Shown piece after piece: positions 25,650-39,337 of a stretch of DNA of 64,000 nt. Origin of the DNA: Macrostomum lignano. Its lineage: Eukaryota. The DNA lies in NCBI GenBank assembly GCA_002269645.1, contig NIVC01002132.1:62001-126000 (forward strand), given 5' to 3'. Under the pieces are notes generated by a model, which saw nothing but the letters and a program-made list of their open reading frames with translations, did not search any database and was not told where the DNA came from. How positions within the stretch are numbered: the stretch's first letter is position 1; each line of letters opens with the position of its first letter. A program made the position numbers and the translations under genes.

Positions 25650-25998
25650 GGCCTACTAGAGGTTCAGATAAAGCAAGCATGAATTAAATCAGCTGTCATA
25701 TTGGTCCATCTCACGATTAATAGTGAAGTCCCATTCAATGTTTACTAGATCCCAACTATGCCTAGACATAGCCCACTTATATTTTCATGTTTTATTGCCC
25801 TATTATAGCCAAATGATATTTTTGCTGATGGCCATTTAGTATAGATAAAAAACATATACCAATATACCAAAGCTAGTGTTCATAACAAGGGATTAGGGAA
25901 CTAGCTTTCTCTAGCATATTTGCATTTTGTCTACTATACTCGTAGTTAAAGAGCTATTTGTTACAATTTGGCCCTAGCCACAATATTAATATATAGTC

Positions 25999-28993
<2,995 letters not shown>

Positions 28994-29189
28994 CGAGGCC
29001 AACTCCTCCTCTGGAGGAGAAAGGGGAAGAACTCCCATCACCGGAATTCCATTCCCTGAAATCCATCAGCTGAAATTCCATGACTTGAATCCCATCTTCC
29101 AAATCATCTCCAAATCCTCTGTAAAGCCTTTCCATTACCATATCTTGTTTTCCCTGTTCGCAAAAACTGACTGCCATTGTCCAGACTCA

Positions 29190-29605
29190 GATTCTTCTGT
29201 CTCCTCTCTTCTCTTTTCTCTCCTCTCACGTCTCTCATCTCTACCACCTTATTTATCTCTTCTCCCTCATCTTTCGTCTTTCTCTCCTGTCTCCTTTATC
29301 CCCTGTTTTCACCTCTCTCCTCTCTTCTCTCCTCTCTCATCTCACATCCCTCATGCCTCATCTCACTATTTCTTTCTCCTCTACTCTCAGCTCCTCTCTT
29401 CTCTCTCCTCTCATCTCTCCTGTCTCCCTCTGCTATCTCATATCTTCCCTCTCATCTCCTCTCTCCTCTTTTCTTCTCTCTCCCTCTTCGTTCCCGCCTT
29501 ACTCCCCTCTTCTCTCCCATCTGTCATGTCTAATCTGTCCTCTCTCATCTCTACTCTCTTTTCTATAATCTCTTCTCTCTTCTCTTTTCACTCTTCTCTT
29601 TACTC
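29190..29605. repeat. CT-rich low-complexity tract
   Basis: Directly visible. Confidence 0.95.
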
Positions 29606-29644
29606 TCTTTACTGACTGACTGAAGATACCAAATCCATCAAAAT

Positions 29645-29925
29645 CCCTCCGTGAAACAGAAATCCTCTCCGCGAAACAGAAATCCTCTCCGCGAAACAGA
29701 AATCCTCTCCGCGAAACAGAAATCCTCTCCGCGAAACTGGACTCCTTTCGAAATCCAATCCGCGAAACAGAAATCCTCTCCGTGAAACTGGGCTCCATGG
29801 AAATCCTCTGAGTGAAACTGACATCCATCAAAATCGTCTCCGTAAAACAGAAATACATCTAGATTCTCTCCACGAAAAAGAAATCCTCTCCGTGAAACCG
29901 AAAACCATCAGAATACTCCGTGAAA
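29645..29925. repeat. Degenerate 20-bp tandem repeat CCGCGAAACAGAAATCCTCT, followed at 29982-29998 by GGTTAGGGTTAGGGTTAG
   Basis: Four near-perfect units plus degenerate units are visible, then about 2.5 TTAGGG copies. Confidence 0.85.
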
Positions 29926-30435
29926 CTGGACTCAATCGAAATTTTCTCTGTCAAAAAGAACTTAACTCTCAGAATTCATTGGTTAGGGTTAGGGTTAGAG
30001 CTGCACAGAGCTGCGTGTTGAATTAATTGAATCAATTAATTGCGCAAACCATTTCTCAGTCAGACAGTATCAGTCTTATTTAAAGTTAAATAAACGGTTG
30101 CGCAGTCTAAATCAACCCTCCAATACGCAGCGGCAGACCCCCTTCCAATACGCCCAACTTTATCTATTACGTCTCGCAAAACTGAGTACAATTTTTGCAG
30201 AAAGTTAAAAGTATGGAAATAGTTTTTTAAATGCGGTGCTTTTTCTTTTCATATTTAAAGCATACAACTTATATCCCCGAACTCAGCGCTGCAAGATCTT
30301 TCCAGCAATATAAGTTTCTCCTCTCAAAGTTTAAAACTCGAGGAACAGTTAGCGTTTGAAATTTACCGATTTCCCGACTGCTTGCTAGAGAAGCTCGCAA
30401 GTTTATTCATTGAATTTCACTGCCAAACTAATACA

Positions 30436-30912
30436 CAGGGCTGCCAATAATAAAACCAAATGAATCTCGACACAGTCTATCTATTTACACTGTACAACTG
30501 CTATGTACACTCAGCCCAAGCCCAACCCCCCGTTCTGGGGGAAGCATTAAATTTAACTCAACCCCCCAACACGCGGGGGGTTTTATTTGCATTGAACCCA
30601 GAACACGCGCACCCACCCCTCAATACACAGCGGCCCGCGGGCGGAGGTTGGGGTGGCTATTTTTACAAACTGGCTGCAGCCCCAGGCAGAGTGGCCAAAG
30701 AAGGTTATTGGGGGTTAAAAAAGCAGTTTTCTGCTTTTTTAGGGATGTTAAAATGTGAAAATTAAAAATTAAAATAGCCTAAAGCCTGCTCCGGAAAATT
30801 TGCAGTTTTCCCATATAAGTTTTGACGCTGACTTGGCAGAATTGTAGGAGTTCACTTGCTACATACAGACAGACAGACAGACAAACATCGCGTCGGTTTT
30901 AGTATTAGGAGA
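30436..30912 (+). mobile_element. 3' partial copy of a related Helitron-like element
   Basis: Shares CACTGTACA..TGCTATGTACA.TCAGCCC and GCGGGCGGAGGTTGGGGTG with 28290-28610. Ends (ACAG)n...TTTTAGTATTAGGAGAT. Confidence 0.5.
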
Positions 30913-31399
30913 TTATATGGGAATTCCTTAGCTAAACAAAATAGCATAAGTAGTGATAATGATAGGCTAAGTGTAGTCATTTAATAACTTATTTAAATTC
31001 AAAAGTTGTATTTAAAACAATTTTCAAGGTAGACTTATAAAAAACTAACTAAATCATATTTAGGCACAACCTAGGGATTCACCTAGTTGTTTCTATTGGC
31101 AACATACATATATAAGTTACTATTGGATAGAATAGTAGTCTTTTCTAGACTAACCGATTCTCAGCCAATAGCAACTTACATGTATGTTGCCAATAGAAAT
31201 GGCTAAGTGATTTCCAAGGTTACACATGTATAAACTTAATATTAGAGTAATAAACAAGATTTGGTTTAGAAAACAAGCAAAATTAGTAAGGTCTATTTAA
31301 ATATACTTTCTAAAAGTAAAATATAAAAGTTTTAATTCTTGATATTAATAAGTCAAGTTATCTAGTTCTAGTATGCATACTATTTAGATTTATTATATC

Positions 31400-32121
31400 T
31401 GTAGTAGGGGGGTTTAGTTCAAGCAGTTTTGCTAAGGGCGTTTGCCAAGGTTCCGATTCGTCGAGTCAATTATTTTAGTAGCATGAATTCTAGAATAAGC
31501 AGTTTTGCTTTTACGCTACTATTAGTAGTTCACCTTCGGGAAAATATCTGAAGTTATGGGAATTCGAGTCTTAGCGGGTTTCTCTATTAGTAAAAGGCTG
31601 TTTGGCCTCGGGAAAAGCATCCTGTTCAGGACCGTCCATTGGACAACGTTTGTAAGAGATCTAAGTCTCAAAAAAAGCCAGACTAAGGGAGTCTCCCCCT
31701 TATAAAATAAAAAGAATATATATAAAAAGTATAAAAAGGTAAGATTGGGGTAAAATAGGGAGACTAAGAGGAGTCTACCGCTTAGTCAAAACGGAGTCTA
31801 CCGAGAATAGGAAAATTAGTATAGTCAGTTAGATAGAAGTACGGGAAAGGAACCAGGAGTCTACCGGTTCTAATAACGTAGTAATAATAGTGCTTAAATC
31901 TTTGCATATTTGGTTCAATAATATCATTTTCTTTTGTTTGTTTATTCCAATAATCTCCCATGAAGTCGACTCTTGTCTCACTTATTTTAATTTAAAACTA
32001 TTATTATAAGGGACATTAGTCTGGTGGCAGCAACCTACCAAATTAGAGTACAGGATAACAGAAGTAATAATAGAAAACAGAATAAACCAGTAGCCTAAAC
32101 CACAGGTACCACGCTATTCCA
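31400..32121 (+). repeat. 5' LTR (722 bp)
   Basis: Read side by side, it differs from the 3' LTR by one G/A substitution, one 2-bp indel and two bases near the terminus. TATA-like motifs at about 31701 and 31718; several GAGTCTACC motifs. Confidence 0.97.
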
Positions 32122-32123
32122 AT

Positions 32124-32143
32124 TGGTGGCAGCTTAGGGGATT
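32124..32143 (+). promoter_or_regulatory. Primer-binding site, tRNA-Leu type
   Basis: TGGTGGCAGCTTAGGGGATT lies 2 nt after the LTR CA. It resembles the complement of the tRNA-Leu 3' end (TGGTGGCAGCGGTGGGATT). Confidence 0.75.
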
Positions 32144-32541
32144 AGTAAACCCGAGAAACGCAAAAAGTTAAAGACTGGTGCAAAACTAGCAAAATCAGTA
32201 ATATATATAACCTGCAAGATAAAAACGTTTCGGAAAGTCAGAATCAGGAGAGAAGGTAATCTAAATACTGAAACTAATGCGATAATCCTAAATCCTAGGA
32301 TTAACAAATTAAAGAACGAATTAACGCTTCTATTGAGCTAGCAGTTTCGAAATTTGATAGCAAGGTCATAATTGACCCAGTTAAAAGTGAAGAGATCACG
32401 CAGTCTAGCAGTTCTGTTCACAAATTAGAAATAACCAATTAAAAACTAGTTAAATAGATCAGTGACTCAGGAGTCTCCCAGTCTCACTGAATTCAATTAA
32501 TAGTAAGTATCAGAAGCGATAATTCGTAATTAAAAAAACTA

Positions 32542-33552
32542 ATGGACGCCAACGAAGTAGTAGAAGCTCTGGCTGAAGGAATTAGAGACAGACTAGACAT
32601 TAGAAAGCACATTAGGATCCAAAAGTACACGCCTAATCAAGATATAGACGTATGGATTCAGGCTTTTGAGCAAAGGTGTATCGCAGATGAGATACCTGCA
32701 GCCGATTGGAAAAATGAACTACTATCTAATCTAGATGTCCAATCAGCGTTTGCTATTGTGACAAGGCTGAATTTAGACCCTAATCTACCGTATGCTGAAT
32801 TCAAGGATAGGCTCATCGAACGATTCACGCATGCGGGTAGTGCCCAAGAAGCTAGGGAAGAATTCCGCAGCAGATATCAATCTAAGACAGAGAGCTCTGA
32901 CGACTATGCGGAGAAGCTGACAGAGTTAGCCTATATGGCATTTCCCCACCTAACTAATGACCAAAGACAGGAAGAAGTGGTGGAACAATTTATTAGAGGT
33001 GTTAGGATAACCCCAGAGGCTAGGGAGAAGCTACTGCTAGCACAGGCGAACACACTCCAAGAGACACGTCGAGTTTTGCGACGTATCGAAATGGCGTATA
33101 CCATGTCTCGCCGAGGTAGAGATCCAGCTCAGTGCAAGGCAACTGGAGGAGATGAGGCGGAAAGTAGCTTGAGGGAGTTAGTCCGCAAGCAAGGTGAGAC
33201 ACTAGAAAGCCAGCAGAGGGTACTCCAGGAGTTGCTTCGACACCAGCAGAGTGCTGAGCAGAAGGCTAGGCAGAAGCCGTACCAAGGCCAGCAACAGGGC
33301 CAAGGTCAGAAGCAGCCAGTAAAGTGCTTCAAGTGTGGGAAAAGCGGTCACATAGCTAAGCATTGCCAGCAGCAGCAGAATCAGCCGCAGTTTCCGCAGC
33401 AGCAGTTTCCACAACCACCACAGTTTATTCCGTACCAGCCGCAGTACCCGCCGCCGCAGTTCCCGCAGCAGCAGTTCCCGCAGCAGTACCAGAATAAGAA
33501 TCAGGGAAACGGAGTAGCCGGAAGCGTAGGAGGCAACGCTTTCCAGAAGTAG
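32542..33552 (+). CDS. gag: Gag (336 aa) with CCHC zinc knuckle
   Basis: Retrotransposon-gag-like core (WIQAFEQRC...LIERFT...FRSRYQSKTESSDDYAEKLTELAYMAFP) and CFKCGKSGHIAKHC knuckle. Confidence 0.93.
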   Translation: MDANEVVEALAEGIRDRLDIRKHIRIQKYTPNQDIDVWIQAFEQRCIADEIPAADWKNELLSNLDVQSAFAIVTRLNLDPNLPYAEFKDRLIERFTHAGSAQEAREEFRSRYQSKTESSDDYAEKLTELAYMAFPHLTNDQRQEEVVEQFIRGVRITPEAREKLLLAQANTLQETRRVLRRIEMAYTMSRRGRDPAQCKATGGDEAESSLRELVRKQGETLESQQRVLQELLRHQQSAEQKARQKPYQGQQQGQGQKQPVKCFKCGKSGHIAKHCQQQQNQPQFPQQQFPQPPQFIPYQPQYPPPQFPQQQFPQQYQNKNQGNGVAGSVGGNAFQK

Positions 33553-36500
33553 ACAGCCAGCAGTCTGTAGCCTCGCAACCTGTAAATAGCAGCGATAGTT
33601 TTTCTGTAAATAGTGAATTGAATTCTTTGTATAACAGTAGACATGCGCAACCATTTAATCAATCATTTAATCAACCAAATATTTATTCTCAGCACTTTTC
33701 ACACGCACCACAGCAACAACCTTGTTCTAGTAAGCAGCAAATTAAACCACAAAATTTAAGCGAACCAACTAAGAAGCAAAATTACGATCCGTATATTACT
33801 GGCAGCATTCTAAATAAGGAGGTAGTTTATCTATTAGACACTGGCAGCAATAGGAACATTCTAGGACGTGAAACCTGGAAACACTTGTTCACTGGCAAGA
33901 ATAGTCACTTAATTAAACAATGGAACAATAGAATCGTATCGTTCACAGAAGAGCCGATTCCAATTAAAGGTTCCGTAGTTATTAAGGCGACATTCGGTGA
34001 TTTCGAAGAAGAAATCGAGTTTCTCTTATGTGACGCAGAAGTAGACAATGTAATAGGCGTGACGTTTGTCCAACAATATTGTAATGCTATCGACTTTGAG
34101 ACAGGAATGCTAACTATGAAGCAGGGAACCAGAATTCCACTTCGTTCTACCAGAGCTAAGCCTCAGGTTAAGAGAATCTATGTTGCAGAAAAGACGACAG
34201 TTCCAGCTAATAGTTCAGGATTAGTCAAGGTTAGATTAGCCACAGGTAGTGAATCCAATTTCGGAGTGCCGTCAGTTGTTGAGCCACTCAGATCAGGATT
34301 GAAGACTAGAGCAGAGAAGGTAACTGTAGTACCAAGCTTAGTAACTCTAAGGCAAGGAGAAGCGTATCTAGAAGTGATTAACACCAGCTCACAGGAAGCT
34401 AGAGTGCCAGCAGCAGCACTAGTAGGAATGGCTAAGCCACTTTTAGCTAGTGAATTAAACTATCTTAAAGATCAACCAGAGAAAGAGCAGTTATGCCAGA
34501 ATAAGAACACGCAGTTTTGCGAAAACATCAGACAGGTTCAAGACAAGTCAGAAGACTGGATTAGTGAGATTAACATAGGAACTGAACTGACTCAGGAGCA
34601 GAGACAGAAGGTGATCGAAGTCGTCAAGGAGCATTCAGCAGCTTTCTCGCAGCACGAGTTAGACTTAGGCAGAACGCATTTAGTCACACATGAGATTATC
34701 TTGAAGGACAACAACCCAGTTCAGATACCAGCTAGAAAGATTCCACCTCATTGGATCAAGGAGGTAGATGAGCAGTTAGATCTCATGTTGGCTAGAGGCA
34801 TCATTAGGCCTAGTTACTCGCAGTACTCGACTCCATTAGTCATAGTACCTAAGAAAGATGGTTCGCTGAGATTAGTTAACGACTATCGAGCACTAAACAA
34901 CAAATCGGAGTACTTTCCGTATCCAATAACTAATATTAATGAAACATTCTCGTGTCTCCATGGAGCCAGTCAATTTTCTACGTTAGATCTATTCTCAGGA
35001 TATTATCAGATAGCTCTTAGGGAAGAAGATAAATGCAAAACTAGTTTTCCAACTTTACATCGAGGCTCGTTTGAGTACGAAGTTTTGCCAATGGGATTGC
35101 AAGGAGCTCCAGGAACTTTCCAAAGGTGCATGAACTTAGTTCTTAAGGACATTGCACAGAAGTTCGCCATAGCTTACTTAGACGATGTAATAGTTTATAG
35201 TACAGACTTTGAATCTCACTTAGAACACCTGAAAGAAGTGCTCAAAAGACTAATCCAAGCTAATATGAAACTAAAAGCGAAGAAATGTCACCTTTTCAAA
35301 TCAGAACTGCAATATCTAGGACACGTCATAGGCAAATCAGGAATTAAAAGGGATGCGTCAAAGTTAGAAACGATTAGGAACTGGCCAAAACCTAAATCTG
35401 TGACAGAGCTTCGAAGTTTTCTCGGACTCTGTAACTATTATCGAAAGTTTGTTAGAGATTTCGCCGAGGTAGCAGCACCACTCTGTGAGCTAACGAAGAA
35501 GAACATCAAGTGTATCCAGGACAATTGGACCAGGATTCATGATGAATGCTTCGAGCTGTTGAAGGAACGGATGTGTTCCGAAGAAGTGCTTGCTTACCCA
35601 GAGTTTAATACGGACCCCCAAGTTTATTTTGTGTTAGACACTGATGCATCAGATGTCAGAATTGGGGCGGTCTTAAATCAAGTGCAGAGCGACGGAGTTG
35701 AGAGACCGATCGCGTATTATAGTCGAAAAATGAGGCAGTCAGAAAGTAGATACCCGATTACGAGGAAGGAGCTTCTAGCGATTGTTGACTCGCTGAAGTA
35801 CTTCAGGTTTTACCTCGTAGGGAAACGTTTTAAGGTGCGCACTGATCACAATGCCCTAACCTGGTTGCTTCGCCAGACCGAACAGACAGGCATTTTAGGT
35901 CGTTGGATCGAGAGACTTAGTGAATTTGATTTTGAGATTGAGCATAGAAGTGGCCCTAAGCATGTGAATGCTGATGCTCTATCCAGGATCCCGGATCCTC
36001 AACAGGATGAGTCATCCCAATATGCCAGGTCGCTTAGCTGTAGGGCAACTGTGAACACAGACCCAGCATCAGCTGTTACTGTGAGCTCAGGCAATTCCGC
36101 GCAAGCCGAAACCTGTAGTCTACACAGTGGAGTTACGTCATGCTGTTCGCCGCAGAATATGGCGCCGAACCGACACAATACTCCGAGTTTTAGTAGCAGG
36201 TTGCTAAGCAAAAGGCAAGAACAGGAGCCTAAGGAAAGGTACCCGCTTGTTTGCAATGCACTGCTGAGTGATTATCTTCGTAGCCCTGTGCGTCGCGAAA
36301 ATTTGGTCGCAGCTCAGCTAGCCGACCCCGCACTAAGCTATGTCAGGAATCTGATTGAGTCTGACTTGCCGAAACCGAACTTTCAAGAAAGACTAGAATT
36401 GTCTCACGAGATTAGAAATCTGCTAGGTTATTATGAACTCTTCAGGATAGAAGACGGTGTTCTCCGAATAGACTTAAATTCAGGGCGGACCGAATCTAAA

Positions 36501-36830
36501 GTGGTGTTGCCCAAGTCTTTGGATGGTGAAGTTTTTCACGAATTCCACGATTCACCGTTAGCAGGTCATCTAGGAAGAGATAAAACTTATCAGCGAGTTA
36601 AGGAAAGATTTTGGAGAGTAGGATTAGCTACAGCAGTCGAAAAGTACGTCGCCAAGTGCAAATCTTGTTTAGAAAGTAAATCAAGAAAGCGATGCAAGGC
36701 ACCAGTGCAGAATTTTCCTATTGTCGAGCCATTCTCACGCCTTCACATTGATTTGATAGGTCCGATCAGTCAGACTAGCAAATCTGGTAACAAATATGTC
36801 TTGTCAGTTATTGACAGCACTAGCAAATAG
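33504..36830 (+). CDS. pol: Pol (PR-RT-RNase H-integrase N-part), in the -1 frame relative to gag; ends at a premature TAG
   Basis: LLDTGS (protease), YLDD (RT), TDAS...ELLAI...TDHNAL (RNase H), HDSPLAGHLG...CKSC (IN zinc finger), HIDLIGP. The frame is open from 33498, overlapping the gag end. Confidence 0.95.
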   Translation, partial: GKRSSRKRRRQRFPEVDSQQSVASQPVNSSDSFSVNSELNSLYNSRHAQPFNQSFNQPNIYSQHFSHAPQQQPCSSKQQIKPQNLSEPTKKQNYDPYITGSILNKEVVYLLDTGSNRNILGRETWKHLFTGKNSHLIKQWNNRIVSFTEEPIPIKGSVVIKATFGDFEEEIEFLLCDAEVDNVIGVTFVQQYCNAIDFETGMLTMKQGTRIPLRSTRAKPQVKRIYVAEKTTVPANSSGLVKVRLATGSESNFGVPSVVEPLRSGLKTRAEKVTVVPSLVTLRQGEAYLEVINTSSQEARVPAAALVGMAKPLLASELNYLKDQPEKEQLCQNKNTQFCENIRQVQDKSEDWISEINIGTELTQEQRQKVIEVVKEHSAAFSQHELDLGRTHLVTHEIILKDNNPVQIPARKIPPHWIKEVDEQLDLMLARGIIRPSYSQYSTPLVIVPKKDGSLRLVNDYRALNNKSEYFPYPITNINETFSCLHGASQFSTLDLFSGYYQIALREEDKCKTSFPTLHRGSFEYEVLPMGLQGAPGTFQRCMNLVLKDIAQKFAIAYLDDVIVYSTDFESHLEHLKEVLKRLIQANMKLKAKKCHLFKSELQYLGHVIGKSGIKRDASKLETIRNWPKPKSVTELRSFLGLCNYYRKFVRDFAEVAAPLCELTKKNIKCIQDNWTRIHDECFELLKERMCSEEVLAYPEFNTDPQVYFVLDTDASDVRIGAVLNQVQSDGVERPIAYYSRKMRQSESRYPITRKELLAIVDSLKYFRFYLVGKRFKVRTDHNALTWLLRQTEQTGILGRWIERLSEFDFEIEHRSGPKHVNADALSRIPDPQQDESSQYARSLSCRATVNTDPASAVTVSSGNSAQAETCSLHSGVTSCCSPQNMAPNRHNTPSFSSRLLSKRQEQEPKERYPLVCNALLSDYLRSPVRRENLVAAQLADPALSYVRNLIESDLPKPNFQERLELSHEIRNLLGYYELFRIEDGVLRIDLNSGRTESKVVLPKSLDGEVFHEFHDSPLAGHLGRDKTYQRVKERFWRVGLATAVEKYVAKCKSCLESKSRKRCKAPVQNFPIVEPFSRLHIDLIGPISQTSKSGNKYVLSVIDSTSK

Positions 36831-37919
36831 CAAATCAAAATTCTGCAGGAGCGAGTTTTCGCCGACTTTGGAATACCTCAGTGGATTCACACGGATCAGG
36901 GAACACAATTTACAGGGAGAGCATTTAGGAAATTTCTAGACCTCTATGGGATTAGGCACACTAGGACAACAAGCTATCATCCACAAAGCAATGGGCTAGT
37001 AGAGAATTTAAACAAACAAATTAAGTCAATTCTTACCTGTTTGCTCGAGAAAGAACATGCGAACTGGGATGTTCTATTGCCCGGTTGTATAACTGCATTG
37101 CGCACCAGCACGCATACAGCCACAGGTTTCAGCCCGCATTATCTTGTGTTTGGAAGAGAGGCCCGGATGCCGAGTGACAATGTGTTCCAGCAGCCAAAGG
37201 CGTTCGCCGATCTGCCTGCTTATGTTCAAGAGCACTTGACTCACCTGCAAGAGGGGCAAGAACTCGCCAAACAGCGGCTCAAATTAATACAACGTAAGCG
37301 TGAGCAGCACTATTCTAACAAACCTAAACAACCAGACTTACCTATAGGGAGCTTAGTTTTCATTAACAACCCAGTCATCACACAGACAGAAGCCAACAAG
37401 TTCCACAGGAAGAGAAGAGCAGTCTACGAGGTCATAGAACAGTTATCAGAAGTAGTTTACAGGATTAGATTATTAAACAAAAGTACTAAGGCTAGAAAAG
37501 AGGAATTAGTCATGCATAGGGATAATTTACTACCCGTACCAACAGCCGATTACGTTAGTGAGGAAGAAAAGCCAGAAAGCAGTTGTGCCAGGCGACCGAA
37601 ACTTCGAGAAAATGTACCGCTTAATCCGATGTACGAAGCAGCCGACAGTGAGAGTGAACATGAAGATGAAGTGCAGTTTGTGCCAGTGCAGAGTCAGAAT
37701 AATGTTCCAGTATCAGTGCAGGATATGCCAGTGCAGGTTATGCCAGTACAAGAAGATAATCTACCAGTGCAAAATAAAAATGAGCAGCCAGCAATCGAAA
37801 CTAGACCAGTTAGAGATAGACGGGAGCCGAGTAGATTAGCGATAGACCCAGGCCGGAAGAGCTATGTGCAAAAGGTAACGGAGTTGTTTAACCCCTACCT
37901 GCTCTTCCAGCTCGAATAG
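36831..37919 (+). pseudogene. Integrase core and C-terminal part, same frame after the in-frame TAG
   Basis: [24 protein letters not shown]...[10 protein letters not shown] (second D and E of DDE), [14 protein letters not shown]-like [14 protein letters not shown]. Confidence 0.9.
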
Positions 37920-37923
37920 CATT

Positions 37924-38760
37924 ATGGCTGACGCCCCGGAGCGGGTATACCCAGTCAAGACAATTTACTCGGGAAAGAAAAGAAGAAGAAGTAGCCCCGA
38001 TGAAAACGAACAGCCACAAGTACGATCGGTACGAGCAAGAGAAGCAACTGAGAAGCCCATAGAAGTTCAGCAGCGAGAGGAAGTGGACAAGGATAAAGAG
38101 GCTGGAGAGTTGGTTGTAGATCTGAATGGAGTAGACCTGGAGGAGGCAACGAGAAGGCATGATGAGGAGGTGCGGCGAGAACAGGAGGAATTCATGGCAG
38201 CTCTACTGGGAGTAGAATTACCTGAACTCGAGGAAGAGCTCAGCCCGAAGAAGGACGCCCCAGCAGAAGTATCGGAACCGCAAGAAGTGCCGGAACCTAA
38301 GGAAGCGCCGGAGGCGAGGCCGACGACTAATGAGACTCCGGTCGATGTAGCTATCTTCTTCAGGGCCGACACACCGCAGCCACAAGACCTTGCTGAAAGC
38401 AACGAGCAGCCAGGAGCAAGCCCACGAAGTTTCAGGAAGAGTACCAAGGCGCTCAAAAAGTGGCTGCTAAGAACAGGCAGCACTGGCCACTACGACCCGG
38501 CGGTGCCGCCAGAGTGTACTCGATTTCTGGCCCAGGCCACCGCTGAGCAGAAAGTCCAGTGTATGGAAGTTGCCTGCACGTACGCCCTCCAATATGCTGA
38601 GGATAGGGCTAGGGGACCATTGTCGCCCTTCCAAGTAAGTGAGCATCTCCGGGCCATGGTCGAATTATTCGACCCAAAGGACAGGCGAACCCCCGCGACT
38701 GGCCTCCTTTACCAGTGCTCTCAGCGCGCGCCAACTTACCGACCGATAGGGCAACTCTAA
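37924..38760 (+). CDS. Accessory ORF3 of the Gypsy element (278 aa, acidic, KKRRR NLS, no TM or signal peptide), unknown function
   Basis: Intact ATG-to-TAA ORF between pol and the PPT/3' LTR. Preceded by branch point TTTAAC (37887-37892) and pyrimidine tract CCCCTACCTGCTCTTCCAG| (37910). Confidence 0.75.
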   Translation: MADAPERVYPVKTIYSGKKRRRSSPDENEQPQVRSVRAREATEKPIEVQQREEVDKDKEAGELVVDLNGVDLEEATRRHDEEVRREQEEFMAALLGVELPELEEELSPKKDAPAEVSEPQEVPEPKEAPEARPTTNETPVDVAIFFRADTPQPQDLAESNEQPGASPRSFRKSTKALKKWLLRTGSTGHYDPAVPPECTRFLAQATAEQKVQCMEVACTYALQYAEDRARGPLSPFQVSEHLRAMVELFDPKDRRTPATGLLYQCSQRAPTYRPIGQL

Positions 38761-39324
38761 TAATAGACAAGGATTAACATTTCAGCTTTATTAACCTTTT
38801 TCTACACAATTAAACAAGCTTTAATTTTTTTCTTCTTCTTCGATGTTGTATGCATTTTTTTACACAGTGCCATAGTGCCATTTATTTTATTTTCTTTCTC
38901 AAAATTACTGCACCGCTTCTTTGCCTTACATATATATTTACATATCGACATTATTCAGGAAAGTAAGCCTATATGTTTAGTATTTGCTTATGCTCTTCAA
39001 CCCTTACTGGTTATTAATCATTACTCAAAATTTATTGCTCAATTAATATTGTTATGTATTGCTTAATTATTATTACTATTGCTCACTGCTCAATATTATT
39101 GCTCAATTAATATTGCTATGTATTACTCAATTATTATTGCTTGCTTCAATAACCATGCTATCATTTCTCGATTATTAATGCTCATTCTTACTTGTAATCC
39201 ATTAATCATGCTCAATTAATATCGCTCGCATGCCATTACTCAACGAAACTAATATTGTCTGCATCACTTACTTGAAATAAACCTGATAATAACTAAATAT
39301 GCAAAGGGGTTTGCACATTTTTTT

Positions 39325-39337
39325 AGTGGGGGGTAAG
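39325..39337 (+). promoter_or_regulatory. Polypurine tract
   Basis: AGTGGGGGGTAAG after a T-run, immediately 5' of the 3' LTR. Confidence 0.8.

Noticed and set aside
36828-36836. Programmed UAG readthrough in integrase (TAG CAA ATC)
   Set aside because: The context is only a partial match to CAR-YYA, and about 14 conserved residues are missing at the same spot, which favours a deletion lesion.
37924-38760. ORF3 as an envelope gene
   Set aside because: No signal peptide, transmembrane helix, furin site or Cys-rich ectodomain; it has a nuclear localisation-like signal instead.
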